Below are positions 51,320 to 61,538 of a stretch of DNA of 64,000 nt, piece after piece. The DNA is from an uncultured Candidatus Saccharibacteria bacterium (GTDB taxonomy: Bacteria > Patescibacteriota > Saccharimonadia > Saccharimonadales > Saccharimonadaceae). The stretch lies in the NCBI GenBank assembly GCA_963553085.1, contig CAUVLR010000001.1, forward strand, positions 5,342 to 69,341, in the 5' to 3' direction. Below the pieces are notes generated by a model, which saw nothing but the letters and a program-made list of their open reading frames with translations, had not been told where the DNA came from and made no database searches. The position numbers and the translations under genes were made by a program. The first letter of the stretch is position 1. Every line of letters begins with the position of its first letter.

Positions 51320-51805
51320 CTAGTCCAAGTAATTAAACCGCCGATAAAGCTCATAGGCAACCGCCGAGGCGACAACCGGCAAGGTCAGAAAGTCAACCTT
51401 ACGTTCGTCCATGGGCAATTTAACCATACCGTCAAGTAGTGCTTGTTTATACTTAGTAAGACCAGTTGCTTCAGTGCCAAATACCATAACGATATCCCGA
51501 CTATCCGGTAAGTCGACCTTGAAGAAGTTCTGCTTAGCATCACCGGACGTACCCAGCAAGTACTTCCCTTTAGCACGCAAGTCATCAATAGCCTCTTCAA
51601 AAGTGTCGTAGTGCACCTCAGAAAAGCCATCATCCATATTCCACGATCTTACCTTTGACCTTACCTTTGGTAGATCAAACGGCAAAGCACCCTTACCCGA
51701 CGTATAAACTATCGCATCTATAGATCTAGCGATCTGAATAATGTGCGCAATATCATAAGGAGACCTGATAGTATCGAAAAGTAGCTCGACCCTTCGCATT
51801 ATCAT
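51320..51805 (-). CDS. SpoU/TrmH-family RNA methyltransferase
   Basis: IVMVFGTEATGLTK and a C-terminal knot-region pattern. Confidence 0.65.
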   Translation of the reverse strand: MIMRRVELLFDTIRSPYDIAHIIQIARSIDAIVYTSGKGALPFDLPKVRSKVRSWNMDDGFSEVHYDTFEEAIDDLRAKGKYLLGTSGDAKQNFFKVDLPDSRDIVMVFGTEATGLTKYKQALLDGMVKLPMDERKVDFLTLPVVASAVAYELYRRFNYLD

Positions 51806-51835
51806 CCTGTTTCAGCTTTTTGCACTAGACCGTAC

Positions 51836-54121
51836 CTACTCCTCGCCTAGCTCATCAAGTGATGAGACGAGGACTTCGCGGGGGCGAGAGCCGTTTTGTG
51901 GTCCGATGATACCATTCTGCTCCATCTCATCGATGATCCGCCCGGCTCGGCTAAAGCCGATCCCGAGACGACGCTGCAGGAACGAGGTGCTTATCTTGCC
52001 TGTCTCGACCGCTATCTGAACAGCCTGGCGGTACTTATCGTCGCCCGCTCCACCGCCACCAATCGCTACTCCACCGCCGACCGGAGAATCGTCAGACAGC
52101 CTCGCCAGTAGAGTTTCATCGTACTGAGCCGGACTCTGGAGCTTCAGCTCAGTGACCGTCTGACTCACCTCGTCGTCATCGACATAAGCCGACTGGACTC
52201 GACGAGGCTTCTTCAGCTTGGCGGTAATCATCAGCATATCGCCCTGCCCCATCAGCATCTCCGCCCCTGACTGATTGATAATCTGTTGCGACTCCATCTT
52301 ACTCCGCACCATGAAAGCAAAACCGGCCGGAATATTCGCCTTAAGCGGACCTTGGATATATTTCGCCCGAGGCGCCTGCATCATAATCACTTCGTGGATA
52401 CCCGCCGCTCGGCCTTTCTGAGCAATGCGCTGGACGGCACTGGTGACCGCTTCTCGCTCGGAGGATTTTAGCGAGTCAATGATATCAGTGTACTCGTCGA
52501 TGATTACCACCAGACGAGGCATCTTCTCACTAGGAAAACGTCGATGAAAGTCCGACAGCTTCTTGATACCGCCCTTATCTCGAAAAACCTGGTAGCGTCG
52601 ATCCATCTCCTCAGTCACCCAGAGCAGAGTCTTGACCAGCTTATGCATCTCATCACCGGTCGTCCCGCTAATGACCGGCGCCACTAGGTGGGGCATATCA
52701 ACATACGAGGACATCTCATTACCCTTAGGGTCGACCAGGACAAACTTGAGGTCATCCGGAGTATTACGAAAGAGCATGGACATAATCAGAGCGTTCATCA
52801 TCACCGACTTACCTGAGCCGGTCGTACCAGCGATCAGCAGATGAGGTAAGCTAGCCAGATCCAGCACGATCGGATCACCGATCACATTTAGCCCTACCGC
52901 AAAAGCCAGCTGACTGCGATTCTTCGCCCATTCCTTTGACTCCAGGATGGAGCGTAAGCTAACCGAGGCAGGACGCTTGTTTGGTATCTCGATACCCACA
53001 TAGGGCTGACCGGGGATCGGCGCTTCGATGCGCAGACTCTCCACCTGCATATTACGAGCCAGCTCGTCGTGTAGGCTGGTTATCTTAGACAGCGGTACGC
53101 CCCGCTGAGGCTCGAGGCAGTACTGAGTTACCCTGGGTCCGACGTTAGCCTTGCGTACATTGCCACCCACACCGAATTCAGACAGAGTCTCCTCGATCTG
53201 TTGCGCCCGCATCTTCATGTCACCGGGATCGGCCTCTCGTTTCGACTCGGTCAGTAAGTCGACCGCCGGGAACTGCCAGTTGGAATTATTGATCGCTGCT
53301 ACGACGTCTCGAGTGTCCGCCTTCTCAATCCCACTAGCCGTCCGCACTTCCAGATTACGCTCCGCCTTAGTAGCAGCATCTTTGTCGTCATCCGCCGCCT
53401 CGGCTAACTTAGCCCGGCGCCGAGCCAGCAGGCCTTTCTTGCCCGGCTTCTCGACTGGCTCCTTGGCAATCTCTCCCTTGCCTAGGCCTCCGACCTTGAT
53501 CTTATCTTGGTCAGACAGCGCCTTAGCCACCTTGCGGTTACTTGCCTCTTCGTCACTCTCCCGCCCGACGAAATCTCGCATAGCATCCAGCACCGCCTTG
53601 GGCGAGATAGAGAAAATAAATAGGAATAGGATCAGCATCAGCACTACCGATATCAAGATAGCCAGAGGTACATTGACAAAACGCAGCATACCGTCAGCCA
53701 CTATCCAGCCAACCGTACCGCCACCCCGCCCCGTCTGAGCTACAGCCAGCGACTTAGGGTCGCTCAGACTCAGCTGAAAAGTGCCGGATAGCAAAGCAAA
53801 GAAGAGTATCGTCGTCACCCAGATGACCGCCGGCACCCGATCCTCGGGCTGGCGAAACACCTGGATGATCTGTACCGCAAAGATTAGCGGCACAGCAAAG
53901 GCCGTCCAACCGACTAGCCAACGAGTCCAGGCCGCTAGCTTGACCGGCAGGACACCGCCTACGCCGAACAAGCCAACGGTGATGATGGCAGTTACCACCG
54001 CCAGCAGAATCGCCCCCACCTGCGCCCAAAAGTGCTGTGGCACGGTATGCACGGCAGCGGCTGACGGCTTCTTGTTTTTACTTTTTGGCGGACGACCGGG
54101 TCCACGCTTTTTAGCGCTCAT
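51836..54121 (-). CDS. ftsK: DNA translocase FtsK/SpoIIIE
   Basis: N-terminal TM segments, LLIAGTTGSGKSV Walker A, C-terminal gamma wHTH. ATG at 54121 (MSAKKRG) preferred, 6 nt after TATTAT. The ORF track starts at TTG 54136. Confidence 0.9.
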   Translation of the reverse strand: MSAKKRGPGRPPKSKNKKPSAAAVHTVPQHFWAQVGAILLAVVTAIITVGLFGVGGVLPVKLAAWTRWLVGWTAFAVPLIFAVQIIQVFRQPEDRVPAVIWVTTILFFALLSGTFQLSLSDPKSLAVAQTGRGGGTVGWIVADGMLRFVNVPLAILISVVLMLILFLFIFSISPKAVLDAMRDFVGRESDEEASNRKVAKALSDQDKIKVGGLGKGEIAKEPVEKPGKKGLLARRRAKLAEAADDDKDAATKAERNLEVRTASGIEKADTRDVVAAINNSNWQFPAVDLLTESKREADPGDMKMRAQQIEETLSEFGVGGNVRKANVGPRVTQYCLEPQRGVPLSKITSLHDELARNMQVESLRIEAPIPGQPYVGIEIPNKRPASVSLRSILESKEWAKNRSQLAFAVGLNVIGDPIVLDLASLPHLLIAGTTGSGKSVMMNALIMSMLFRNTPDDLKFVLVDPKGNEMSSYVDMPHLVAPVISGTTGDEMHKLVKTLLWVTEEMDRRYQVFRDKGGIKKLSDFHRRFPSEKMPRLVVIIDEYTDIIDSLKSSEREAVTSAVQRIAQKGRAAGIHEVIMMQAPRAKYIQGPLKANIPAGFAFMVRSKMESQQIINQSGAEMLMGQGDMLMITAKLKKPRRVQSAYVDDDEVSQTVTELKLQSPAQYDETLLARLSDDSPVGGGVAIGGGGAGDDKYRQAVQIAVETGKISTSFLQRRLGIGFSRAGRIIDEMEQNGIIGPQNGSRPREVLVSSLDELGEE

Positions 54122-54158
54122 GGCAGTATAATACAATATTTCACCAGTTAGAGCAATT

Positions 54159-56396
54159 TCACCGAGATGAGTTACTACTGTTTAGTTTAGTCGAGCTTGG
54201 TCGCTGCAGTCGCCTGTAGGAAATCGGTTTAGCCGGAGTCGCCGAGGAGCGACCGGCTGTAGTGTCGATATTGGGTGACTTAACCGGCGCACCGGGGCGA
54301 CGATGCGGCGTAAAATGAGCCGAGGTAGCCGAACCGCCTTTGATCCGAGCAATTTCCTGAGCCGCAAAGTCCCGCTCCCGCTTTGACGGACTCTTGTCTT
54401 TGCCCGGCTTGCTTCCGCCAATCTCATTGACTACCGGGATAACGATCGGGGTGCGCCGAGTCTTGTCGTATAGAATCTGGGTTATCTCTTCCCTCAGGTC
54501 ATGCTTGAAGCCTTCCATGTCGACCCGTCGGCTAGCGTAGACCCGGGCAGCTTTCTGGCGAATGTACTGACGAATGGCATTGATCAGGTCTTCGCTATCA
54601 CGCAGATAGATAAAACCGCGGCTAATGATATCGGGCGAGCTGAGAATTCGCCCCGTCCCCCGCTGAACAGTCAGCACTACGACAAAGATGCCCTCGGTGG
54701 ACATATGAATGCGGTCTTTGAGTACCACTTCACTCACCTCAGTACCGGCGTCGTCGTACATGACCCCGCCGACATGGACCCGACCGACTCGCTGAGCTGT
54801 ACCATCATCGTAAAATTCGATCACATCGCCATCATCACAGACGAAGATGTGGTCTCTGGGGATACCACACTCGACCTCCGCCATCTCGGCATTATGCACC
54901 AGCATATGAAACTCACCATGATTCGGAATGTAATAAGTAGGATGAAGGGCATCAACCAGCTCCAGATGATCATCATGCTTAGCGTGCCCGGAAATATGTA
55001 GCGGACCAATACCGTAGCGGGCCGTCTGATTATTGCGCAGGACATCTGAGCCTTCTCGCATCAAACCATCAATCGTATGCGCTACATGACCTTCGTTGCC
55101 GGGGATAGGGTTGGAGGCAAAGACGATGACGTCGCTCGGCTTGATCTTAATATAGCGATGTGCCCCGGTCGCCATCCGATTGAGCACGGCACTAAACTCA
55201 CCCTGAGAGCCGGTACAGACGATACACACCTTACTATCCGGCAATTTAACGATATCCTCCATAGTGACGACAGTGTTCTTAGGGATATTCAGCCGACCGG
55301 TCTTTAGTCCGATCTCGACGTTCTGAACCATCGAGAAGCCGGCGAAAGCCACTTTGCGCCCATGCGCCGCCGCCGAAGTAACGATGTTTTGCATCCGATG
55401 CACCTGGGATGAGAAGCAAGACAAGATCACCCGAGAGGTGTCATACTTCTCCATGATCTGGTTAAAGCTCTCCTTGATGTCATTCTCTTCATAAGGCGTC
55501 GCCGTGCCGTCTTGCTCGACGTTAGTTGACTCGTTTAAGAGTAGGTGTACTCCCTCCTTAGTGGCAATCTCAGTTAGTCGAGCCAGATCAAACTTGCGTC
55601 CGTCGACGGGGTCTTTCTCAAACCGCCAGTCACCCGAGCTGACGATCACGCCAACCGGCGTCCTTAAGACGACCGCCGCCGAGTCAGGGATAGAGTGGTT
55701 CACCCGAACCATCTCCATATTGAAATGCTCGCTGACCTGAATCCGTTCATGATTATCCATATCCACCTCATGGTATTCGGGCTCAAAGTCGGTATCTTCC
55801 TCCTCCATATTCTTCTTCAGCATACCGATGGTAAAACCGGCCGAGTAGACCGGCGCCGGAATCTTCTGGATCAGATGGTGAAAGGCGCCAATATGATCAA
55901 GGTGTCCGTGAGTAATGATCACTGCCTTGATCTTATCTTTTCGTTCTTCCAGATAGGTGATATCCGGCACGATGTAGTTAACTCCGGGGTAATCGTCACC
56001 CGGAAAGAGAAAGCCCATGTCGATAACGATAATCTCGTCACCGTATTCGAAAGCAGTCATGTTTTTGCCGATACCCATCTCACCGTTACCGCCGATCGGG
56101 ATGACCCGCACCGCCGACTTGTTCTTCGCCTTCTGAACATGCTGGCGAGCCAGCGTCGGGGTGTACTGCTCGCCGGCAAAGCCGTTGTAGAGCGAGCGAT
56201 TGACCGGTCCGTCGATGATATGCTGACTGGCCTGAGCATTGACGTTGTCGCTGATACGACGTTTCGCCCGCTCAACTTCACCTCGCCTGGTAGTAGTAGC
56301 GTCAAGCACGGAATTACCCGTCTTACGTGAGCTGGCCTTGGCCGGTCGTTTCGACAGATCGTCTTCTGCGACTTTAGCCAAACGTTGCTGTCCCAT
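54159..56396 (-). CDS. rnj: Ribonuclease J with basic N- and C-terminal extensions
   Basis: Metallo-beta-lactamase HGHLDHIG, a beta-CASP region, and the RNase J C-terminal domain. ATG at 56396 is preceded by GGAGAAT. Confidence 0.88.
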   Translation of the reverse strand: MGQQRLAKVAEDDLSKRPAKASSRKTGNSVLDATTTRRGEVERAKRRISDNVNAQASQHIIDGPVNRSLYNGFAGEQYTPTLARQHVQKAKNKSAVRVIPIGGNGEMGIGKNMTAFEYGDEIIVIDMGFLFPGDDYPGVNYIVPDITYLEERKDKIKAVIITHGHLDHIGAFHHLIQKIPAPVYSAGFTIGMLKKNMEEEDTDFEPEYHEVDMDNHERIQVSEHFNMEMVRVNHSIPDSAAVVLRTPVGVIVSSGDWRFEKDPVDGRKFDLARLTEIATKEGVHLLLNESTNVEQDGTATPYEENDIKESFNQIMEKYDTSRVILSCFSSQVHRMQNIVTSAAAHGRKVAFAGFSMVQNVEIGLKTGRLNIPKNTVVTMEDIVKLPDSKVCIVCTGSQGEFSAVLNRMATGAHRYIKIKPSDVIVFASNPIPGNEGHVAHTIDGLMREGSDVLRNNQTARYGIGPLHISGHAKHDDHLELVDALHPTYYIPNHGEFHMLVHNAEMAEVECGIPRDHIFVCDDGDVIEFYDDGTAQRVGRVHVGGVMYDDAGTEVSEVVLKDRIHMSTEGIFVVVLTVQRGTGRILSSPDIISRGFIYLRDSEDLINAIRQYIRQKAARVYASRRVDMEGFKHDLREEITQILYDKTRRTPIVIPVVNEIGGSKPGKDKSPSKRERDFAAQEIARIKGGSATSAHFTPHRRPGAPVKSPNIDTTAGRSSATPAKPISYRRLQRPSSTKLNSSNSSR

Positions 56397-56560
56397 GATT
56401 ATATTCTCCTTTTCTTTAGATAGATGTTCGCCTAGCCTTAGTGACAAGCACTCTATATGCTTCGTTTTTAAGAATAGTAAGAGTGTGCGCTATCGCAACG
56501 GTAACTCTATAGTATCAAAGACTGCATAAAAGTAAAGTGAGTCGGATTAACGCCGGGTCG

Positions 56561-59194
56561 CTAGCTAGGTGGCAGAGCTAAGACAGCTCGTGAGGTTACC
56601 AGTGTTGCATCATATATGCCTGTTGTTGACCGAGAGGAGAAGATGCCGGGGCGAGAACTATAACCGGGGCGCATCTCGCCACCGCCCGCTTCCCCACCAT
56701 AAGCCGTCCAGCAATAGACTCCATCATCCACATTATTATAATTCGGGAAGATTGAGTCGGCGTCGCCCCAAGATTGATCATTAGCAGAGACTGACATCTT
56801 ATTCTTAGTCTCGTACAGGGCTTGCCCACCACATGTCTCCCAAGTGCAGACATCATAGTTATACCAAGTCTCTTTCGTCGCCACCGACCAAGGTCGTCTA
56901 TAACCCGAACCCTGATCCAGTTTGCCCCATTGATATGTACGGACGTATGGCTCAACCATGTTTACTCCTATACCACTTTCATAACAGGGATCAACCACGT
57001 CAAAACGGGTAGCATTGCCGGCGACGCCCTCCTGTGTACCGCCTGCCATATCGTAGACACCGTAGACATTACCGGTAGTCGAGGCTAGCTGGCCAAGAGA
57101 CCCTTGGTAGGCTCGCTGTGGGTTAGTCTTAGAGCAAGCTAACGGCGACTCTATATGACTGGCAGTAAGCGTCTCACCGTCATCGACGTACGGCGTATCA
57201 GGGTCAGTGGCACTGCCCGGTCCGCAGCCAGTCACCCCTTCATTGTCGTCCGGTCTGTCACCGTCGGCATCGGACCAGCTGGTGCTACGGATTCTAGCTC
57301 GGTTGGGTTTTACTCCATTCCAGCCGGAACCGTAGATTGAAGCCGTTAGATAGGTGGCGGCGCCCCATTCATCCGGCCTAACCATGCGAGAATTAGCCTT
57401 AGCCAAGTTATGTGAGTTTTGTGATATGCCAGCTATATCACCACCACCAACATTCTTGGGGTCATTAACCCCAATCTTCTTGCTCATAGTAAAGAACCCA
57501 GCTACGCCTTCGGCGACATTAGCAATCTGATTTGGTTTAACTGTCGGCGCAGTCCGCTCGCCAGTTAGCTCAAACTTGCCTATCCAGACACCGTTTAACT
57601 CTTTATTGCCGAGGCTGAAGGCAGGGTGGGTAGCCCAGGTAGTTTTATTGGCTTTAGCCAAGTCGTTAGTATAAGCCCGGTCGATACCGCAGTCACGCCA
57701 GTAAGTCTTCGCCAGTATATTCTGATCATTGTTGTCCGGTACGCCATTATGCCACATCTGGGCAGCTGTCCGGATATTAGCATTGCAACTGGGAGCCGGA
57801 CGCTTCTTAGTGTCTGTCGTCTTCTCAAAGTGGATACTGAAATTGTTCCCCGGTACATAGTGGTCGGTAGCGTCTCGACGCTGTACCTCATAGGCATAGC
57901 GAGGGATATATACCCAGTAGCCTAGAACATCGTTATTATCAAGCTCCACCGATTTGTTCTTATACTTAGTCAGTTTATCCGGCTTAACGGTGACGGCGTT
58001 CGCCCAACGCTTGGCTAGATAGCTGTACCAGCTCCCCTTACTACCGGCGATCTCACCTTTGGTCATAGTCTGCCACCTGGGACTGTTGTTGCTGCCGATA
58101 TAGCGAATCGGGATCATATGATCGTCGATATCTACCTGGCAATCACTTCTGGCATCGGCGTTAGTGCAGAGGCTCTGCCTGGTAAAGCGGTAGCCCCGCT
58201 CTAACTTGGCAGTGCCACCCTGAGTTACGACGTAGAGATTGTACCGACCAGGCTCAATCGGCGAGTTAACCGAAGCGGAGATTCGGCAAACGATAGCACT
58301 ATCGGAGAGAATCTCGGTGATCTGACATTCTTCGCCGCTATCACTCCGACCATTATCATTGATATCGACAAAAGCTTGATAGGCCGTGGCTAGATTGGTA
58401 CCCATTAGAATATTTGGCTGAGACTTATCTGCCTCCCCGTCAATATGGAAGTGATTAGGGGTAGCCTCCCGCAGGGTCGGGGCTGGTGGCAACTTAGCCG
58501 TTGCCGTATAAGTCAAGATTACCTTGTATTCCCCGGCCTGAACCTTAGCAAGATCAGGAACATTGACACCATAGTAGACTATCCTGTCATCTCCGTTCAT
58601 GTCTGTCGGTGCTGTCGCTGACATGATAGTGACTCCTTGACCAGCCACCGGTACTCCCATGTATTTGGTAGATCCGAGGGTGGATTGGTCGGTTGACTCA
58701 TAGTCGGACCGAGTGCTAAAGCCCGTCTCACCCGGCAGGGCTACACCCCAACTATTCGCTGATAAGGTGGTCGGATGAGATAGTGTGGCATGAGTAGCCG
58801 GGATAGTACCGCCAAGATCATTGACTAGATCAGTCTTTGTCGTCTTGCCGGACATAGTCACATTATAGCCATTAGCGGCATTAGTTCGAATGTTAATCTT
58901 CTCTCTGACGGTTGATATGCCACTGGTATTCTTAATAATCGTAGCATTTCCCATCTGAAGCCCCAGCATAATTACCGGCGGCTTCCCTGCCTGAAAAGGT
59001 ATAGCTCCAGCCGGTCGGCCAGTGGCAAGAATATCGCTAACTAAGATCGACACGGTCACTACCACTATGAGCAGAAGCCCCAGATTTCTGAATAGCTCCA
59101 GATGTCGTTGGTACTTGCGAACGATCCGAAGGTGACGCTTGACCGAGACCTCTCCGGTAAGATCTCCTCTTATTCTTTCTCTTTGCTCCACCAT
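56561..59194 (-). CDS. Large membrane-anchored surface protein with an Ig-like (IPT/TIG-like) region and a C-terminal FGE-sulfatase/C-type-lectin-like region
   Basis: 877 aa with an N-terminal TM segment. WIGKFELTG, MVRPDEWGAATYL and VYGVYDMAGGTQEG resemble divergent FGE-sulfatase motifs. Confidence 0.5.
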   Translation of the reverse strand: MVEQRERIRGDLTGEVSVKRHLRIVRKYQRHLELFRNLGLLLIVVVTVSILVSDILATGRPAGAIPFQAGKPPVIMLGLQMGNATIIKNTSGISTVREKINIRTNAANGYNVTMSGKTTKTDLVNDLGGTIPATHATLSHPTTLSANSWGVALPGETGFSTRSDYESTDQSTLGSTKYMGVPVAGQGVTIMSATAPTDMNGDDRIVYYGVNVPDLAKVQAGEYKVILTYTATAKLPPAPTLREATPNHFHIDGEADKSQPNILMGTNLATAYQAFVDINDNGRSDSGEECQITEILSDSAIVCRISASVNSPIEPGRYNLYVVTQGGTAKLERGYRFTRQSLCTNADARSDCQVDIDDHMIPIRYIGSNNSPRWQTMTKGEIAGSKGSWYSYLAKRWANAVTVKPDKLTKYKNKSVELDNNDVLGYWVYIPRYAYEVQRRDATDHYVPGNNFSIHFEKTTDTKKRPAPSCNANIRTAAQMWHNGVPDNNDQNILAKTYWRDCGIDRAYTNDLAKANKTTWATHPAFSLGNKELNGVWIGKFELTGERTAPTVKPNQIANVAEGVAGFFTMSKKIGVNDPKNVGGGDIAGISQNSHNLAKANSRMVRPDEWGAATYLTASIYGSGWNGVKPNRARIRSTSWSDADGDRPDDNEGVTGCGPGSATDPDTPYVDDGETLTASHIESPLACSKTNPQRAYQGSLGQLASTTGNVYGVYDMAGGTQEGVAGNATRFDVVDPCYESGIGVNMVEPYVRTYQWGKLDQGSGYRRPWSVATKETWYNYDVCTWETCGGQALYETKNKMSVSANDQSWGDADSIFPNYNNVDDGVYCWTAYGGEAGGGEMRPGYSSRPGIFSSRSTTGIYDATLVTSRAVLALPPS

Positions 59195-59297
59195 CTACCG
59201 GCTATTATAGCTTAGCCCGGCTAGTAATGATAGCTTTAGCTGCCCATGTATGCTATGATTTAGGCAAGGTAAAAAGACAAACATCAGGAGGCAAAAC

Positions 59298-60848
59298 ATG
59301 TATCGAAATAGTCAGCGAAAAGTCGGCGGTATAGCCCTATTTAAGGTACTATTCGCCGTTAGTCTACCGGTTCTCAGCTTGGTCTCACCGATGACTGCCA
59401 TCGCTCAGCCAGCTCCCACCATCATTCAGTCCGACCCGGTAGTTCAACTGGTCCATGTTCCGGCACTTAGTGCCAGCTTTCGCAAGACTTATCGACCGTA
59501 TAGCGAGCTGGCAAAGACTGATCGGACAGAGCAGCTGTGGCGAGATAGTGACTACGCCGGAGCAACGGTCGCCCTGACTAAAAGCGGCAAAGTGTATGCT
59601 TGGGGCAACAATATCCGTGGCCATGTGGGTAACGGCACAACCTGCACTTTATCCAGCCCCGGTCAATATGATAAGAAGCCGCCCTGTTACTACGACCAAC
59701 CACAAAATATCACGAAGTACTTCGGTAATGATAAAGTCACTAAGCTTGCCAGTAACCATGTTAGTATAGTTGTCGCCTTAACTACTTCAGGTAAGCTGTA
59801 CTACTGGGGTCGGGATTGGGATCCGGTCGCCAGCGAAAACGTAGTGATCAATCAACCGACGACACTAGACACACTATCGCCTTACCGTGTTACCGGCTTC
59901 GGAGGGCATGGTGCCGGATTTAGCAGAGATTTCGAATATTTCCCCCATGACGCCTGGTACGCCTATAATGATGACACCTTGTTTTTAGTTGGTGGCACTG
60001 GCACTTTTCTCTCCTTTAGCGATGATGCTAAGCATGTCATCAAACCTAAGCTGGATGGTGCCACCATCAAGCAAGTCGACTATGTCGATACCGGATATAC
60101 TCCCGGTCGAAATGGTACTTATATCCTGACCTCCAAAAACAAGCTCTTTCACCTCAAATTCGATGGAAGCACGACTGAGGTTACTAACGACAAGATCAAG
60201 AGTAGAGGTGGCATCAAGCAAATCTTTAACCACTATGCCATCGATCACCAGGGTGGACTGTGGTTCTATGGCTATGGCAAGAATATTGACCCTGTGATAC
60301 AAGATATGTCACAAAAAACCATCAAGCCACTGCCAATCGCCCGTGATCTACTGACTTATAATTATGATACTGTCATACTCGGTGCCGATAACCATATCTA
60401 CAATATTAATGTATATCGCTTCGACGAGAACAAACATTTTCTCAATACCATGATGGTCAAGTCGATGGATATCACCACCTTAATTAGTAAAGAAAGGGTG
60501 AAGTTACTTAATGGTGGTATGAGTCAGCGATTTCCAGAAGATGTTCATATACTAGAGAATTACTACGACTACTCTTTTACGCCCGAAAGCCAGCCGGATA
60601 CAGTTTGTACCGGGCTTAGTGGTGTAGCTGCTAATGATTTTAATCAGGAATCCGAGGAAAGAAACCCGCCCAAGACTGAGACTACCCGACCGGTCAATGG
60701 CACCCTCCCTACTACCTGCGTCAAGATGCCACCGGTCACAGTCCAGGTTCCTGCACCTGCGCCGACACCGACTCAGCCAGCACCCGGTGCTCCCGACTTC
60801 ACAGCCAAACGCAATAATCTCCGAGCACCCAATACCGGCAGCCAATAG
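59298..60848 (+). CDS. Secreted single-module RCC1-like propeller protein ending in APNTGSQ (paralog of the modules in 4107-8657)
   Basis: 516 aa with a signal peptide (...PMTAIAQP). GKVYAWGNNIRGHVGNGT and YAIDHQGGLWFYG. Long stretches resemble each module of the 1516-aa protein. Confidence 0.75.
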   Translation: MYRNSQRKVGGIALFKVLFAVSLPVLSLVSPMTAIAQPAPTIIQSDPVVQLVHVPALSASFRKTYRPYSELAKTDRTEQLWRDSDYAGATVALTKSGKVYAWGNNIRGHVGNGTTCTLSSPGQYDKKPPCYYDQPQNITKYFGNDKVTKLASNHVSIVVALTTSGKLYYWGRDWDPVASENVVINQPTTLDTLSPYRVTGFGGHGAGFSRDFEYFPHDAWYAYNDDTLFLVGGTGTFLSFSDDAKHVIKPKLDGATIKQVDYVDTGYTPGRNGTYILTSKNKLFHLKFDGSTTEVTNDKIKSRGGIKQIFNHYAIDHQGGLWFYGYGKNIDPVIQDMSQKTIKPLPIARDLLTYNYDTVILGADNHIYNINVYRFDENKHFLNTMMVKSMDITTLISKERVKLLNGGMSQRFPEDVHILENYYDYSFTPESQPDTVCTGLSGVAANDFNQESEERNPPKTETTRPVNGTLPTTCVKMPPVTVQVPAPAPTPTQPAPGAPDFTAKRNNLRAPNTGSQ

Positions 60849-60874
60849 ATTTATAGCATCGCAAAAGAAAACCC

Positions 60875-61468
60875 CTATTTACTATTACTATCTAGTAGTG
60901 GCTTGATCTTCCGAAAGTCGTTGAGCAGAGTCTGGCGCATCGCCCCGTTATAGAGAGCTGCTGCCGGATGATACAGCGGCAAGACTTGCCACAAGTATGT
61001 CTGACCGTCTCGGTGTAAACGAACCTGACGTAAACGACCATGATCCTGTGATATCTTTCCCTCCGGTATAAAGCAATTCATGGCATGTCGCCCCAGGGTA
61101 ACGATGACTCTAGGGTTGATAATGGCTAATTGACGCATCAGATAGGGCCAGAAGGCACGCTTCTCCTCGGGTAGAGGGTCACGATTGCCCGGCGGACGGT
61201 ATTTAACGATATTGGTGATATAGACTTGGCTTCGCTCCAGCCCGATGCCGGCCAGCATCTCGTCCAGAAACTTGCCCGATGCCCCGACGAAGGGTTTACC
61301 CTGCAAATCTTCTTGTTTACCCGGCGCTTCACCGACAAAAACTATTTGACTGCCGGGGTCACCATCACCGATCACAAGCTGAGTCGCTTGACCGGCCAGC
61401 TCGGCGCACACCTCATCCGCAATGATCTGCTCAGCTAACTGATCTATTTGCTGTTTCCGAGATTCCAC
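60875..61468 (-). CDS. Family 4 uracil-DNA glycosylase
   Basis: VFVGEAPGKQEDLQGKPFVGASGKFL (GEAPG motif) and a C-terminal HPAAAL-type motif. GTG start. Confidence 0.85.
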   Translation of the reverse strand: MESRKQQIDQLAEQIIADEVCAELAGQATQLVIGDGDPGSQIVFVGEAPGKQEDLQGKPFVGASGKFLDEMLAGIGLERSQVYITNIVKYRPPGNRDPLPEEKRAFWPYLMRQLAIINPRVIVTLGRHAMNCFIPEGKISQDHGRLRQVRLHRDGQTYLWQVLPLYHPAAALYNGAMRQTLLNDFRKIKPLLDSNSK

Positions 61469-61474
61469 GGCTTC

Positions 61475-61483
61475 ATTATAACA
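61475..61483 (-). promoter_or_regulatory. Extended -10 box TGTTATAAT, 6 nt upstream of the GTG at 61468
   Basis: Read directly. Confidence 0.45.
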
Positions 61484-61538
61484 AAACTACCCCGCTCGGG
61501 GGGGTAGTTTTGTCGCTTTCTCGCTAGGCTACGGACAG

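Noticed and set aside
53151-56330. Long antisense ORFs inside large genes (for example 53151-53738, 55695-56330, 24861-25481, 21158-21616, 33737-34524)
   Set aside because: These are shadow ORFs opposite well-supported genes (ftsK, RNase J, the pilus operon, rpoD). They have low-complexity, Ser/Arg/Leu-rich translations and no start-site signals.
56561-56760. Diversity-generating retroelement target: the C-terminal C-type-lectin-like region of the 877-aa protein
   Set aside because: No template repeat matching the 3' end of the gene and no reverse transcriptase are present in the window. The adjacent 113-bp spacer shows no similarity.
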